Source of the DNA: Candidatus Saccharimonadota bacterium
GTDB taxonomy: Bacteria; Patescibacteriota; Saccharimonadia; Saccharimonadales; AQU-01
DNA: 64,000 nucleotides
Assembly (NCBI GenBank): GCA_018499905.2
Contig: JAHBAU020000005.1
Coordinates: 2,136-66,135, forward strand
Direction of reading: 5' to 3'
Both the position numbers and the translations under genes were made by a program. The notes under the pieces are model-generated. The model was not told where the DNA came from, did no database searches, and was given only the letters and a program-made list of their open reading frames with translations. Below are positions 10,172 through 19,717 of this stretch, one piece after another (within the stretch, counting starts at the first letter, position 1; the number at the start of each line of letters is the position of its first letter).

Positions 10172-10750
10172 TTAGTTGCCGCTGTTGTTGCTGGTGCTTG
10201 GTGTCGTGCTGGTCTGACACTTTTGACCATCTGGGTTCTGCTTCTGGTACTCAGCCACAGCCTTTGCGACTTGGCCATCTTCTTTAAGATTTTCCCAGAA
10301 GATAACTTGCTCACGATTGATCAACATCTCGTCCTGTGGGCCATGAAGCTCACAACCGAGTTTGACGAGTGATACATCATTCTGTGTTGATTGGTTGCTC
10401 GTGTTTTGGTCAGGCTGAACGGTTTGGTTAACCCGCAAGTAGTAAATATCTTGCAGGCGCAGGTATGAGTTGTTCAATGATGTGATTTGGCCAAAATATA
10501 CCTGGCCACCGTTCAAAAAGACCGCTTGATATTTGCCTGTAGTAACGTATTTGGACTCGCCGGTTTCGTTTTTTGATGTCGCCATCATTAAGACGGAACC
10601 TGCAAGCACGACGGCTACCGAAACCAAAAGGGCAAATGAAACCCACTTTAGCCACTTTGGCCCATCGTTCTTCTTAGATCTATTGTTGACAGCAGCTGGG
10701 GCTGGGCTTGCTGCCTGGCCTTGATGTGCTGTACGTTGCGGAAACTCCAT
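10172..10750 (-). CDS. Membrane-anchored conserved hypothetical protein
   Basis: 192-aa ORF with an N-terminal TM and a beta-rich domain (VFLNGGQVYFGQITSL...LVKLGCELHGPQDEMLINREQVIFWENL). Confidence 0.55.
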   Translation of the reverse strand: MEFPQRTAHQGQAASPAPAAVNNRSKKNDGPKWLKWVSFALLVSVAVVLAGSVLMMATSKNETGESKYVTTGKYQAVFLNGGQVYFGQITSLNNSYLRLQDIYYLRVNQTVQPDQNTSNQSTQNDVSLVKLGCELHGPQDEMLINREQVIFWENLKEDGQVAKAVAEYQKQNPDGQKCQTSTTPSTSNNSGN

Positions 10751-11035
10751 GTTATTCCACCTCTTCCCTCTTTAGAATTTTGTAGTTACGCGTGTAAGTG
10801 TACCGCATAAGCGCAATGGTCTGCAACTGGTTTTGAACAAGATTATAGGTTGTTTGTCTGCTGTATCATCTTGAAAATTCACAGAGATACGGGGTTACAT
10901 CAATATTAACAGGGGTAATACTGTAGAAAAAGAAGATAATAGTATGATTTACTGGGGCGAACAGGGTTGACAAGCCAAAACCCTCCAGAGTATGTTAGGG
11001 ATACTACTAACTATAAGAGAGGGAGAATTGTAGCA

Positions 11036-11230
11036 ATGGCCTACAAGCACACTAATTCAAAAGGGGTGACTTACTACCTTAATTCTAAAGTTGTAACACT
11101 TCGTGGTGGCAAACAGCAGACTATCTATTACTTCAGCAAGGACGAGCGTCCTGAAGGTTGTGAGCTGCCAGCTGGTTTTTCAGTAAACGAAAACCCACGC
11201 AATGGTTTCTTGACCGTTAAGCGCGGTTAA
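11036..11230 (+). CDS. Small basic hypothetical protein (64 aa)
   Basis: ATG 8 nt after AGAGGGAG. The upstream part of the track ORF contains a TTGACA -35 box (10967-10972), so the short form is preferred. Confidence 0.5.
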   Translation: MAYKHTNSKGVTYYLNSKVVTLRGGKQQTIYYFSKDERPEGCELPAGFSVNENPRNGFLTVKRG

Positions 11231-11254
11231 TTTAGAAGCAAAAGTACACCAAAT

Positions 11255-11299
11255 CCGCCCGTAAGCCGAGTCTCTTCCATGAGCTCGCCGGGCGGTTTT
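11255..11299 (+). terminator. Putative terminator (long-loop hairpin plus T-run)
   Basis: CCGCCCG (11255-11261) pairs with CGGGCGG (11289-11295) and is followed by TTTT. The 27-nt loop is atypical. Confidence 0.4.
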
Positions 11300-11389
11300 G
11301 TATGTATTGGAATCCTATGTTAAAAGTGGTCATCACCCTGTAGTTTATGGGCTAAGGTTGCGATAATTAGGTATAATAGAGTGTAAGAT

Positions 11390-12148
11390 ATGAGCGAAAA
11401 TATATTAGAGGTGACTGGTCTGACCAAGCGCTATGGTGACAAAACGGCCGTAAAGGGCATTACTTTTAGCGTAAAAAAGGGTGAAATCTTTGGTATTTTG
11501 GGTCCAAACGGGGCCGGGAAGACCACGACGCTCGAAATGATTGAAGCTATGCGTCCCATTGACGGCGGTGAAGCTATCCTAAACGGTGTTGATGTCGCGA
11601 AGCATCCTGAAAAAATTAGGCGTTTTATTGGTGTTCAGCCACAATCACCAGCGTTTCAAGACAAAACAAAATTATCAGAACTCCTCGTGATGTTTGCCGC
11701 TGCTTATGGTGAGAAAGTTAATGCCAAGAAATTCTTAGAAGAGGTTCAGCTACTCGACAAAGCCAATAGCTATATTGAACAGCTGTCCGGTGGCCAAAAG
11801 CAACGGTTTAGTATTGCTGCGGCCCTCGTCCATAGCCCCAAAGTGTTTTTTATGGATGAGCCGACTACTGGCCTTGATCCGCAGGCGAGGCGTAATCTAT
11901 GGGATCTGGTGCAGGAGATTCGCCAAAAGGGTATCACTGTTATCTTGACGACGCATTATATGGAAGAGGCCGAGTTGTTATGCGATCGGGTGGCCATTAT
12001 GGATAAAGGCAAGATTATTGCTATTGATTCGCCTAAAAACCTGGTCAAGCAGCTGCTCGGACGTGGCTTTAAGAAGCAACAGCACGTTGAGCAGGCCAAT
12101 CTTGAAGATGTATTTATTGATTTAACTGGAAAGCAGTTGAGGGAGTAG
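11390..12148 (+). CDS. ABC transporter ATP-binding protein (ABC-2 exporter type)
   Basis: Walker A GPNGAGKTT, signature LSGGQKQR, Walker B FFMDEPTTGLD. Confidence 0.9.
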   Translation: MSENILEVTGLTKRYGDKTAVKGITFSVKKGEIFGILGPNGAGKTTTLEMIEAMRPIDGGEAILNGVDVAKHPEKIRRFIGVQPQSPAFQDKTKLSELLVMFAAAYGEKVNAKKFLEEVQLLDKANSYIEQLSGGQKQRFSIAAALVHSPKVFFMDEPTTGLDPQARRNLWDLVQEIRQKGITVILTTHYMEEAELLCDRVAIMDKGKIIAIDSPKNLVKQLLGRGFKKQQHVEQANLEDVFIDLTGKQLRE

Positions 12149-12151
12149 GTG

Positions 12152-13255
12152 ATGAGTAAGAAGGCCTGGTTTACCGTAATAACCTTTGCTCGACTGAATA
12201 CCAGACGGTTTTTTAGGGACAAGCTCGCACTATTCTTTACGGTCATTTTTCCACTCATCTTTTTGCTTATTTTTGGTGCAATGAGCCGCGGCGGCGATCT
12301 GTCATTCAAGATCGCGCTTATTAATCAATCTGATACCGAATTTGCTAGACAATACGTCGAAAACGCCAAAGGTGACAAACTCTTTAAAATAAACGATGAC
12401 GTCACCACGCTTGAGCAGGCGCAAGAGAAAATGAAGCGCAGTGAGATTGACGCAACTATTGTGCTGCCAAAAGAATTCGGACAAGTAAACGACAAGCAGC
12501 CAACCGGCCAGGCCAAAGTGATCTACACCGCCAATAACGAACAATCAGCACAAACACTACTTTCGGTTCTGGAGGCCCAATTTAAAGAGATTAACAATCA
12601 GCTGGTCCCCACCGCTGAACCGTTTACGGTGGCCGGTGAGCGTTCTAACGAAAGAAGCCTGTCGCGCTTTGACTACACATTTGCCGGGTTACTTGGCTTC
12701 TCTATCATTGGCTTAGGTATATTTGGCCCGGTTAACGTCTTTCCAGAGCTCAAGAAGCAGGGGATTTTGCGGCGCCTACACACTACGCCGCTCAAGGTCT
12801 GGCAGTATTTTGTATCAAATGTGATCGCCCAAGCGGTGGTGGGGCTCATAACGCTCAGCGTGTCGTTTATCGTGGCTATTTTGATCTTTGATCTTAAGGT
12901 TGTCGGCAGCTACTTAGATCTGGCAGCCTTCATTGTGCTGAGTATCATATCGATTTACGGCATTGGTCTAGCTATAGGTGGCTGGGCTAAGAACGAGCGC
13001 CAAGCGGCGCCGCTGTCTAATATTGTTGTGTTTCCAATGATGTTCCTTTCGGGCACCTTTTTCCCGCGATACGCCATGCCCCAGTGGCTGCAGGGTATCT
13101 CAGACTACCTGCCGCTCACTCCAGTGATTGACGGCATTCGACTAATTGCCACAGAAGGCAAAGGCCTGACAGATGTCACCTCACAGCTTGGCTTAATTGC
13201 TATCTGGACCGTCATCATTTACATTATCGCCTTCCGCACCTTCCGTTGGGAGTAA
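12152..13255 (+). CDS. ABC-2 type transporter permease
   Basis: Immediately follows the ATPase stop. One N-terminal TM, a large external loop and a C-terminal bundle of five TM helices. Confidence 0.85.
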   Translation: MSKKAWFTVITFARLNTRRFFRDKLALFFTVIFPLIFLLIFGAMSRGGDLSFKIALINQSDTEFARQYVENAKGDKLFKINDDVTTLEQAQEKMKRSEIDATIVLPKEFGQVNDKQPTGQAKVIYTANNEQSAQTLLSVLEAQFKEINNQLVPTAEPFTVAGERSNERSLSRFDYTFAGLLGFSIIGLGIFGPVNVFPELKKQGILRRLHTTPLKVWQYFVSNVIAQAVVGLITLSVSFIVAILIFDLKVVGSYLDLAAFIVLSIISIYGIGLAIGGWAKNERQAAPLSNIVVFPMMFLSGTFFPRYAMPQWLQGISDYLPLTPVIDGIRLIATEGKGLTDVTSQLGLIAIWTVIIYIIAFRTFRWE

Positions 13256-13363
13256 GACACACTAACTGCCGCACCAACCGGGTCGAGATCTAACACTTAT
13301 GCCGGCCAGTTTCGCGCTTACCCCCGCTTCTGATGTAGAACTATAGATGACACTTAGGGTTGG

Positions 13364-13420
13364 GCTGGCATGTGTATGTCGTAAATACGCTTGCGTATCT
13401 TACGACATACACATGCCAGC
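13364..13420. repeat. 57-nt near-perfect hairpin/palindrome (21-bp perfect stem plus inner 5-6 bp stem)
   Basis: GCTGGCATGTGTATGTCGTAA pairs base-for-base with TTACGACATACACATGCCAGC. The inner ATACGC/GCGTAT also pair. No flanking T-run. Confidence 0.85.
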
Positions 13421-13474
13421 GCGCGCATCAGTAGCAATCCAACGAGCGCGAAACAACACTAAACGTAAGTGGGG

Positions 13475-13503
13475 TGGACAAATAAGCATAAGTGTGGTAT
13501 AAT
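13475..13503 (+). promoter_or_regulatory. Sigma70-like promoter with extended -10
   Basis: TGGACA, 17 nt, then TGgTATAAT. It lies 10 nt upstream of the ATG at 13514. Confidence 0.5.
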
Positions 13504-13513
13504 CCGTACTGTT

Positions 13514-14011
13514 ATGGCATCCAAATCTCGTCCCAGTCCCGGTTTCGGCCAAAAATCCATATTTGACACTGGTGAAATAGACCCGACACCCTTTGAAGCT
13601 CAGCCAGATTCTCGCTACGCGTACCCGCCTGGAACCATCTATGAAGTTTCCGGTAGGGGTAAAGGGCGTCTTAGTGATCATAGTGGGCCAATTCCGCGAC
13701 CACAGATTTTAGCAGGAATGTCTGATGATGACATTAGGGTTCAGCACGCAATAAATACTGAAGGTGCGGCGATGGTGGCGGAGATAATGGGAAATTCACA
13801 GACTGTAATGCCTGCAGTTCATCCAGAATATATTGATCCAGAATCAGGTCATGCCATACTCGGGGCTGCAAAGGAGTATACGGATCCGCATGGTTTAGCC
13901 ATTAATCCTGCTGTAGCCGCAGCCCCTGAGGAACCAACATGGGCTCAGGCGTTTGTCGCGGAGCTTAAGGCCAGCATGCAGCATCCCCATTCAACACGAC
14001 GTCGTTGGTAA
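13514..14011 (+). CDS. Hypothetical protein, Pro/Gly-rich and probably disordered
   Basis: 165-aa ORF from the first ATG downstream of the promoter. No recognisable domain. Confidence 0.45.
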   Translation: MASKSRPSPGFGQKSIFDTGEIDPTPFEAQPDSRYAYPPGTIYEVSGRGKGRLSDHSGPIPRPQILAGMSDDDIRVQHAINTEGAAMVAEIMGNSQTVMPAVHPEYIDPESGHAILGAAKEYTDPHGLAINPAVAAAPEEPTWAQAFVAELKASMQHPHSTRRRW

Positions 14012-14080
14012 GTCGGGCTGACTGGCAAGTGAGGATTGTAAAACGAACCTTCATAAGGGATAGTAACTGCAGCATTTAGT

Positions 14081-15082
14081 ATGACCCACCAACAACCTTT
14101 ATTTATTTTGGCACCGATGGACGAAGTGACGGACACGGTTTTCCGGCAAATTATTGCTAGTACAGCCAAGCCGGATCTGTTTTTTACGGAATTTGTAAAT
14201 GTTGATGGTCTGAATAGTCCGGGCAGGGAAAAGCTGCTGCCAAAACTCCGGTTTACGGCCAGCGAACAACCGCTTATTGCCCAGGTTTGGGGCAAAAAAC
14301 CAGAGAATTTTTATCTATTTTGTCAGCAAGTCGCTGATGGCTCGCTCGCCAAGGAACTAGGGCTACCAGCGGGCGTGAACTTTGCCGGGGTAGACCTCAA
14401 TATGGGGTGCCCAGCCAAATCTGAAGTGCAAAACGGCACCTGCGCGGCGCTCATTAAGCCAGAAAACAGGGAACTGGCACTCGCCATAATCCGAGCCAGT
14501 AGGGAAGGCCTGGCAGCTTCCCCGACTCCCCTGCCCCTCAGCGTCAAGACAAGGCTGGGCTTTTCAGACGTAGATTTTACCTGGCACAAGGCCCTACTTT
14601 CAGAAAAGCTTAACATGTTAACCATTCATGGCAGAACGCGGAAGCAAATGAGCAAAGTCCCAGCCGACTGGAGTCTGATAGGTGAAGTAGTCAAGCTGCG
14701 CGACAGCCTTTCCCCTGCCACCAAAATAGTCGGTAACGGTGATGTAATGAGCAAAGATCAGGGCAGACAGCTCGCCGAGCAATATGGACTAGACGGTATT
14801 ATGATTGGTCGTGGCATCTTCTCTGACCCGTTTGTGTTTGCCGACGCTTCACCTTGGGAAGCAATGACGCGCCAGGAGCGCATCGCGCTGTACACAAGGC
14901 ACGTACAGCTATACCAACAGACATGGGGTGATAGCTATCGCCCGGTCCGGGTACTCAATAAGTTTTGCAAAGTGTACATTAATGGTTTTGACGGGGCCAA
15001 GGAGTTACGTGAGCAGCTGATGGCTGCTACCTCAACCGCACAGCTACTATCCTTACTGGATCAAACCAAACAAAGCGCCTAG
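14081..15082 (+). CDS. dus: tRNA-dihydrouridine synthase
   Basis: LAPMDEVTD and VDLNMGCP motifs, TIM-barrel length, catalytic Cys context. Confidence 0.85.
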   Translation: MTHQQPLFILAPMDEVTDTVFRQIIASTAKPDLFFTEFVNVDGLNSPGREKLLPKLRFTASEQPLIAQVWGKKPENFYLFCQQVADGSLAKELGLPAGVNFAGVDLNMGCPAKSEVQNGTCAALIKPENRELALAIIRASREGLAASPTPLPLSVKTRLGFSDVDFTWHKALLSEKLNMLTIHGRTRKQMSKVPADWSLIGEVVKLRDSLSPATKIVGNGDVMSKDQGRQLAEQYGLDGIMIGRGIFSDPFVFADASPWEAMTRQERIALYTRHVQLYQQTWGDSYRPVRVLNKFCKVYINGFDGAKELREQLMAATSTAQLLSLLDQTKQSA

Positions 15083-15125
15083 ACAAACGTGTCATAATAG
15101 AGGTATCAGTCGTAGCTTGATATCC

Positions 15126-15557
15126 ATGCAAACAAACAGAAACTACTACCAGCAAAAATCATCCAAAAAACGATGGTTTATTATTGCATTTATTGTCCTG
15201 TTGTTCGTGGCGATAATTATTTTCGTCGTGTGGTTGTTTTCTCGATACACTCGCTCGGATCCGCCAAGTATAACCAGCGTAAAAGGAGCGAGCACCCAGA
15301 TTGAAGTTAAAAAGAACACCGTCATTGAGACCGAGATGATTCCTTTTGGCGTGAAGACCGTAGATGATGCGACGAAGTATGTTGGCTCATCAACTGTTAT
15401 CACGCCCGGGGCTTACGGCGTTCGCACTATGACATACGAAGTAACCCCCGGCGCAGCCCCAGGCCAAGAAAAAAAGCTCATCAGCGATGAAGTAACCACC
15501 GCCCCAGTCGATAAAGTAGTCTCGATAGGCACAAAAAAATCCGGTGACCCGGAGTAA
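15126..15557 (+). CDS. Membrane-anchored G5 domain protein
   Basis: N-terminal TM followed by a G5-like segment (IPFGVKTVDDATKYVGSSTVITPGAYGVRTMTYEVT...VDKVVSIGTK). Confidence 0.6.
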   Translation: MQTNRNYYQQKSSKKRWFIIAFIVLLFVAIIIFVVWLFSRYTRSDPPSITSVKGASTQIEVKKNTVIETEMIPFGVKTVDDATKYVGSSTVITPGAYGVRTMTYEVTPGAAPGQEKKLISDEVTTAPVDKVVSIGTKKSGDPE

Positions 15558-15751
15558 ATTACATTTTAGGCAGAGGGGCAGGCTTTGGCGAGAAGCCTGT
15601 CTAAATGAGCCACATTACCTTCTTTGTGGGTTTGAGTAGTAACTTATGGAACCTGGTATACAAACTACTGAAGGGTTGGCATAAGGTGCTATCCGCTACT
15701 GAACTACCAATGTTGATATTCACTACTAATGTTGCGTAAAATCAAGCTCTA

Positions 15752-16429
15752 TCAGCGAGCTTTAATCAGTTTAAACACCGCGAAGTGTGGGTATTGAACT
15801 TTTTCTTCATGGTTGGTTGCTGGCTTTGGCTCTAGTAGTTTGGTAATAGCTAGCCCTGCTTTCGTAAATGCATCGACATAATCTTCAAACAGCCGGTAGT
15901 AGTTAAACCGTTTGATGCCTTGCCATGTTTCGTACTGCTTGCCTCTTAAAAAGTAATCTTTCTTGCTGTTGTACCTCATCATTTTAATTACGGGATGAGG
16001 GACAGCGATGATTATTTGTCCATTGTCTTTTAGGACACGCTTAAATCCCGCAAGAACTTCAACAATGTCCTGTACATACATTATGGCAAGAATTGAAATA
16101 ACATTGTCGAATTGCTCATCATCAAACGTTAGATTTTGAATATTCATGACTTGATGTATTGTGTTCTTGAGCCCGAGGGCTAGTGCCTTTTCGATATTCT
16201 TGGTACCAACATCAATGCCAGTGACTATTGCACCTAGGGAAGAGGCCTTTACGCACTCTTGGCCGTCACCACATCCTGCGAAAAGGACTGTGCTGCCACT
16301 ACTAATACTCGCCAGATTATATACGATGTCACGTAAGCCTTGGACGGCAGGATTTGCTGATTGCTTCTTTGCCCATTCGTCCGACTGCTCGTCATACAGT
16401 TTTTGCGCTTCGTCACCATCGTTGTTCAT
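15752..16429 (-). CDS. Class I SAM-dependent methyltransferase
   Basis: Motif I VLFAGCGDGQ and a Methyltransf_11-like layout. The start is set at MNNDGDE because the longer track ORF runs into the tRNA terminator. Confidence 0.8.
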   Translation of the reverse strand: MNNDGDEAQKLYDEQSDEWAKKQSANPAVQGLRDIVYNLASISSGSTVLFAGCGDGQECVKASSLGAIVTGIDVGTKNIEKALALGLKNTIHQVMNIQNLTFDDEQFDNVISILAIMYVQDIVEVLAGFKRVLKDNGQIIIAVPHPVIKMMRYNSKKDYFLRGKQYETWQGIKRFNYYRLFEDYVDAFTKAGLAITKLLEPKPATNHEEKVQYPHFAVFKLIKAR

Positions 16430-16440
16430 ACAGTAATGAT

Positions 16441-16469
16441 AACAAAAAAGCACTTCTCTAAAAGTGCTT
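16441..16469 (-). terminator. Intrinsic terminator downstream of tRNA-Met
   Basis: Minus strand reads AAGCACTT-TAGAGA-AGTGCTT followed by TTTTGTT. Confidence 0.65.
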
Positions 16470-16474
16470 ATGTG

Positions 16475-16550
16475 TGGTGGGGGTGGTTGGGTTCGAACCA
16501 ACGACCAAAGGATTATGAGTCCTCTGCTCTAACCACTGAGCTACACCCCC
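16475..16550 (-). tRNA. tRNA(CAU), elongator type (Met or lysidine-modified Ile2), CCA encoded
   Basis: Hand-folded cloverleaf: acceptor GGGGGTG/CACCCCC, D arm GCTC/GAGC, anticodon loop CTCATAA, T arm GTTGG-TTCGAAC-CCAAC, ACCA end. Confidence 0.9.
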
Positions 16551-16628
16551 AAGGCAGCGAACGGAACGGTGATTAACAGATGAAAGTATATCAGAATTAC
16601 TAGATGAGATATATAATTACACTGTAGA

Positions 16629-17090
16629 ATGCTCAATCAAATAAAAACCTATAAACAACGATACCTAGGCAGTCAGCTCAGCGACATACGCAATCTGGCT
16701 CTGATTGCCTTTGGCATAATTGTTATTCTGGTCAGCTGGAGTGGTGTTAAGGCCATTCAACGAAATTACGAACTGCAAAAACAAATAGCCAAATTAGAGC
16801 AGGAAACTGCAGTGCAGCGTCTGGAGAACGATAACCAGACACTGCGCAACCAATATTTAGAAACCAATCAATACCTGGAATTAGCCGCTAGGGGCCAATT
16901 TGGGCTGGCCGCACCTGGAGAGAATGTCGTGATTGTGCCAAAAGCTGTGGCTTTAGCTAAAGTAGCGGACGTGAAGATCGATACCGGTTTATCGGCCGAG
17001 CAGGTAACCGACACTAAGCCAGCCTACCAGCGGAACATCGAGGCCTGGTTAGACTTCTTTTTGGGGCGTGCGGATCAGCCACAGCGATAA
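16629..17090 (+). CDS. Septum formation initiator FtsB/DivIC-like protein
   Basis: N-terminal TM, then a leucine-zipper coiled coil (LQKQIAKLEQETAVQRLENDNQTLRNQYLE) and ELAARGQFGLAAPGE. Confidence 0.7.
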   Translation: MLNQIKTYKQRYLGSQLSDIRNLALIAFGIIVILVSWSGVKAIQRNYELQKQIAKLEQETAVQRLENDNQTLRNQYLETNQYLELAARGQFGLAAPGENVVIVPKAVALAKVADVKIDTGLSAEQVTDTKPAYQRNIEAWLDFFLGRADQPQR

Positions 17091-18389
17091 AAGGCCGGCT
17101 GCGAACGTCATAACAAAACAGAGCACGATGGTTGATTGGTAAAGTTTTGAGCTGTCAAACAAACCAAGTACTGCAACCGTTACTAAGCCGGCAACCCGTG
17201 ACACAGCATTATTAATGCCAGATGCGATGCCGGAATCTTCATCGGCCACTGCACCCATCACTGTAATTGTTAAGGGCGATACCGTGACTGCTAAGCCTGT
17301 CGCGAAGAGTAGTACGCCGGGCAATACGCTGGTTAGGTAACCAGCTCCTGACTCTAAGCCGTAGAGGTATAAGATGCCAATACTTGCAATGATTGGCCCG
17401 GCTGTCATGAATCGTCTGGGCCCGTATTGCCCGGCCAGCCGGCCAGCTCTGGCGGACAGTAGCAGTAACATGGCGGTTATGGGGATAAGGCTGAGTCCAG
17501 CTTTGGTGCCGGAATAGCCCAGGACTGTTTGAAGGTGTATGACGAGCGCAAATAAAAAGGCGCTCAGGGCTCCATACATGGTAAAAGTCATAAGGTTGGC
17601 GCCGCTAAAATTCCGCGAACCAAAAAGCTGCAATTTGACCATCGGATCGGCCGTCTGGCGCTCTCGCCAAAGAAAAGCCAAGATTGCCAGTACGCCAATA
17701 CCAATACTCAGTAGCGCCACTCCGTCCCATTGGCGATTCGGCCCCTCTATCAAGCCGTAGGTAAGGCCGGCCAAGCTGATGGCCGCAAAACCGGCGCCCG
17801 GTACGTCTATACGCCGAGCCTTCGCTGAACTGCGAGATTCCTTCATGCCCAGCACGGCTAGTATGCAGCAAACAATAACGAGCGGCACATTGATGATAAA
17901 TATCCAGCGCCATGACATGGTGTCGACAATGTAGCCACCAAGTGTTGGCCCGATTGCTGCTGACAATGCTGACCATGCCGTCCAGGTTCCAATCGCGCCG
18001 GCGCGGGCAGATTTTTCAAAATTGGCGGTAATGTTTGCCAGCCCGCCGGGAACAAGTAGTGCGCCGAATACCCCCTGAAGTGCCCGGGCAGCAACTAAAA
18101 ATGACGTACTTGGCGCCAGCCCGCACAATAATGAAGATAGCCCAAACCCAACCAGCCCAATCACATACATTTTTTTGCGGCCAAAAATATCACCTAGTGA
18201 ACCGCCAAGCAGCAAGAGGGCGGATAGCGTCAGCAAGTAGCCGTTTACTATCCATTGAAGGCCGCTAAATCCCGCTCCCAGATCACTTGAGATGTGCGGA
18301 AGGGCAATATTTACAACTGTCCCGTCCAAAATCACAATCCCGCTTCCAAGAATGGTCGCTGCCAGCGTCAATCTTTGTTTTGTTGTCAT
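17049..18389 (-). CDS. MFS transporter, DHA2 (EmrB/QacA-like, about 14 TM)
   Basis: 446-aa polytopic ORF with the MFS motif GGSLGDIFGRKKM. The 3' end overlaps the convergent ftsB-like gene by 42 nt. Confidence 0.85.
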   Translation of the reverse strand: MTTKQRLTLAATILGSGIVILDGTVVNIALPHISSDLGAGFSGLQWIVNGYLLTLSALLLLGGSLGDIFGRKKMYVIGLVGFGLSSLLCGLAPSTSFLVAARALQGVFGALLVPGGLANITANFEKSARAGAIGTWTAWSALSAAIGPTLGGYIVDTMSWRWIFIINVPLVIVCCILAVLGMKESRSSAKARRIDVPGAGFAAISLAGLTYGLIEGPNRQWDGVALLSIGIGVLAILAFLWRERQTADPMVKLQLFGSRNFSGANLMTFTMYGALSAFLFALVIHLQTVLGYSGTKAGLSLIPITAMLLLLSARAGRLAGQYGPRRFMTAGPIIASIGILYLYGLESGAGYLTSVLPGVLLFATGLAVTVSPLTITVMGAVADEDSGIASGINNAVSRVAGLVTVAVLGLFDSSKLYQSTIVLCFVMTFAAGLLSLWLIRTPQKEV

Positions 18390-18484
18390 TGGATTACTAA
18401 CTCGACACCGTGTTTATTTACCATGCGATGATTATACCGTCATAGGCCAAACTGCCCTATGAAATAGATGTTAAAATACAAGAC

Positions 18485-18973
18485 ATGAACCGAAAAATAC
18501 TGATCGGATTAGCAGCCTTTATTGCAACAGTTGCGGGCGGCATGTTTTATTTATCGCAATCTGAAACTGGTGGTCTTGATTCGATGGCCAGCACCTCTGC
18601 CTCACCCTCGCCAACTCCGACGCCACCTGGGGCCACCCCAGCACCCGAAACCAGCGAGTCCACGCCAAGCGGCTCGTACGTAAACTACACTGACGATGTC
18701 ATTGCCCAAACCAGTGGTACCAAGATTTTGTTTTTCCATGCGCCTTGGTGTCCGCAGTGCCGAGCTTTAGAAGCTGATATACAAGCAAAGGGCGTTCCGA
18801 GCGGCGTCACCATTATTAAAGTCGACTATGACAGCAATCAGAGCTTGCGGCAGAAGTATGGCGTTACCATCCAGACGTCATTGGTTAAAATAGATGACCA
18901 GGCAAATTTGGTTGAAAAGTATGTTGCGTATAACGATCCGAGTGTCGCCAGCATAATCGAAAATCTATTGTAA
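18485..18973 (+). CDS. Membrane-anchored thioredoxin-fold protein
   Basis: N-terminal TM, Pro/Ser/Thr linker, active site WCPQC. Confidence 0.8.
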   Translation: MNRKILIGLAAFIATVAGGMFYLSQSETGGLDSMASTSASPSPTPTPPGATPAPETSESTPSGSYVNYTDDVIAQTSGTKILFFHAPWCPQCRALEADIQAKGVPSGVTIIKVDYDSNQSLRQKYGVTIQTSLVKIDDQANLVEKYVAYNDPSVASIIENLL

Positions 18974-19713
18974 TGGCCCTCTTAGTACTGTCGTTTATTG
19001 CCGGTGTGCTGACGGTTGCCGCGCCGTGTATTTTGCCGCTGTTGCCGGTTATTGTTGGTGGCTCACTTTTGAATAGATCACAAGAAGCTCCCGAAAAGCG
19101 TTGGGTAAGGCCGGTGATTATTGCTGGTAGCCTGGCGGTTTCGGTTATGGTTTTTACGCTATTATTAAAGGCAACCACCTCGCTACTCGGCGTGCCGCAA
19201 TCGGCTTGGCAAATACTGTCGGGTATTATCGTGACTGGCCTGGGGCTGTACTACCTTTGGCCAAAAATCTGGGAAACGGTCTCGTTTAAGGGCGGCCTTA
19301 TGATCAAAAGTAATGCTGTGTTGGCTAGAGCCAACCGTGTTAATGGCTGGGCGGGCCCGGCGCTCATTGGTGCATCACTAGGGCCGGTATTCAATAGCTG
19401 TAGCCCGACGTACGCGCTGATTGTGGCGACAATTTTGCCAGTGTCATTTGCCTCCGGGCTCCTGTATCTTATGGCCTACGCGGTTGGCATGAGCCTGACT
19501 TTATTAACGGTCGCATATGCTGGACAGGCAGCGACTGCCAAGTTACGATTTGCGGCTAACCCGGTTGGCTGGTTTAGGCGCAGTATCGGACTCATCTTTA
19601 TTATTGTGGGCCTATCGGTCATCTTTGGATTAGACAAACAATTTCAGACGTATGTACTAGAGCGCGGTTGGTACGACCCAGTAAGCTCTATTGAGCGTCG
19701 CTTGGCAAAGTAG
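18973..19713 (+). CDS. ccdA: Cytochrome c biogenesis/thiol-disulfide transporter CcdA (DsbD TM domain)
   Basis: TAATG overlap with the thioredoxin gene. Conserved APCILPLLP and SCSPTY Cys motifs, six TM helices. Confidence 0.8.
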   Translation: MALLVLSFIAGVLTVAAPCILPLLPVIVGGSLLNRSQEAPEKRWVRPVIIAGSLAVSVMVFTLLLKATTSLLGVPQSAWQILSGIIVTGLGLYYLWPKIWETVSFKGGLMIKSNAVLARANRVNGWAGPALIGASLGPVFNSCSPTYALIVATILPVSFASGLLYLMAYAVGMSLTLLTVAYAGQAATAKLRFAANPVGWFRRSIGLIFIIVGLSVIFGLDKQFQTYVLERGWYDPVSSIERRLAK

Positions 19714-19717
19714 ACAT

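Noticed and set aside
13400-13681. 93-aa minus-strand ORF and the GTG-extended start (13469) of the plus-strand ORF
   Set aside because: The minus ORF runs through the promoter and into the 57-nt hairpin. The GTG extension would include the -35/-10 boxes. The ATG at 13514 is preferred.
16361-16576. 71-aa plus-strand ORF ending ...GSNQRPKDYESSALTTELHPQGSERNGD
   Set aside because: Its C-terminal half is simply the complement of tRNA(CAU) 16475-16550, and its 5' part is antisense to the methyltransferase start.
17049-17090. 42-nt 3' overlap of convergent genes (ftsB-like and MFS), and the 29-nt overlap at 5325-5353
   Set aside because: These are probably just compact-genome convergent overlaps, or slightly mis-set ends. 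There is no extra structure or motif suggesting a specific regulatory function.
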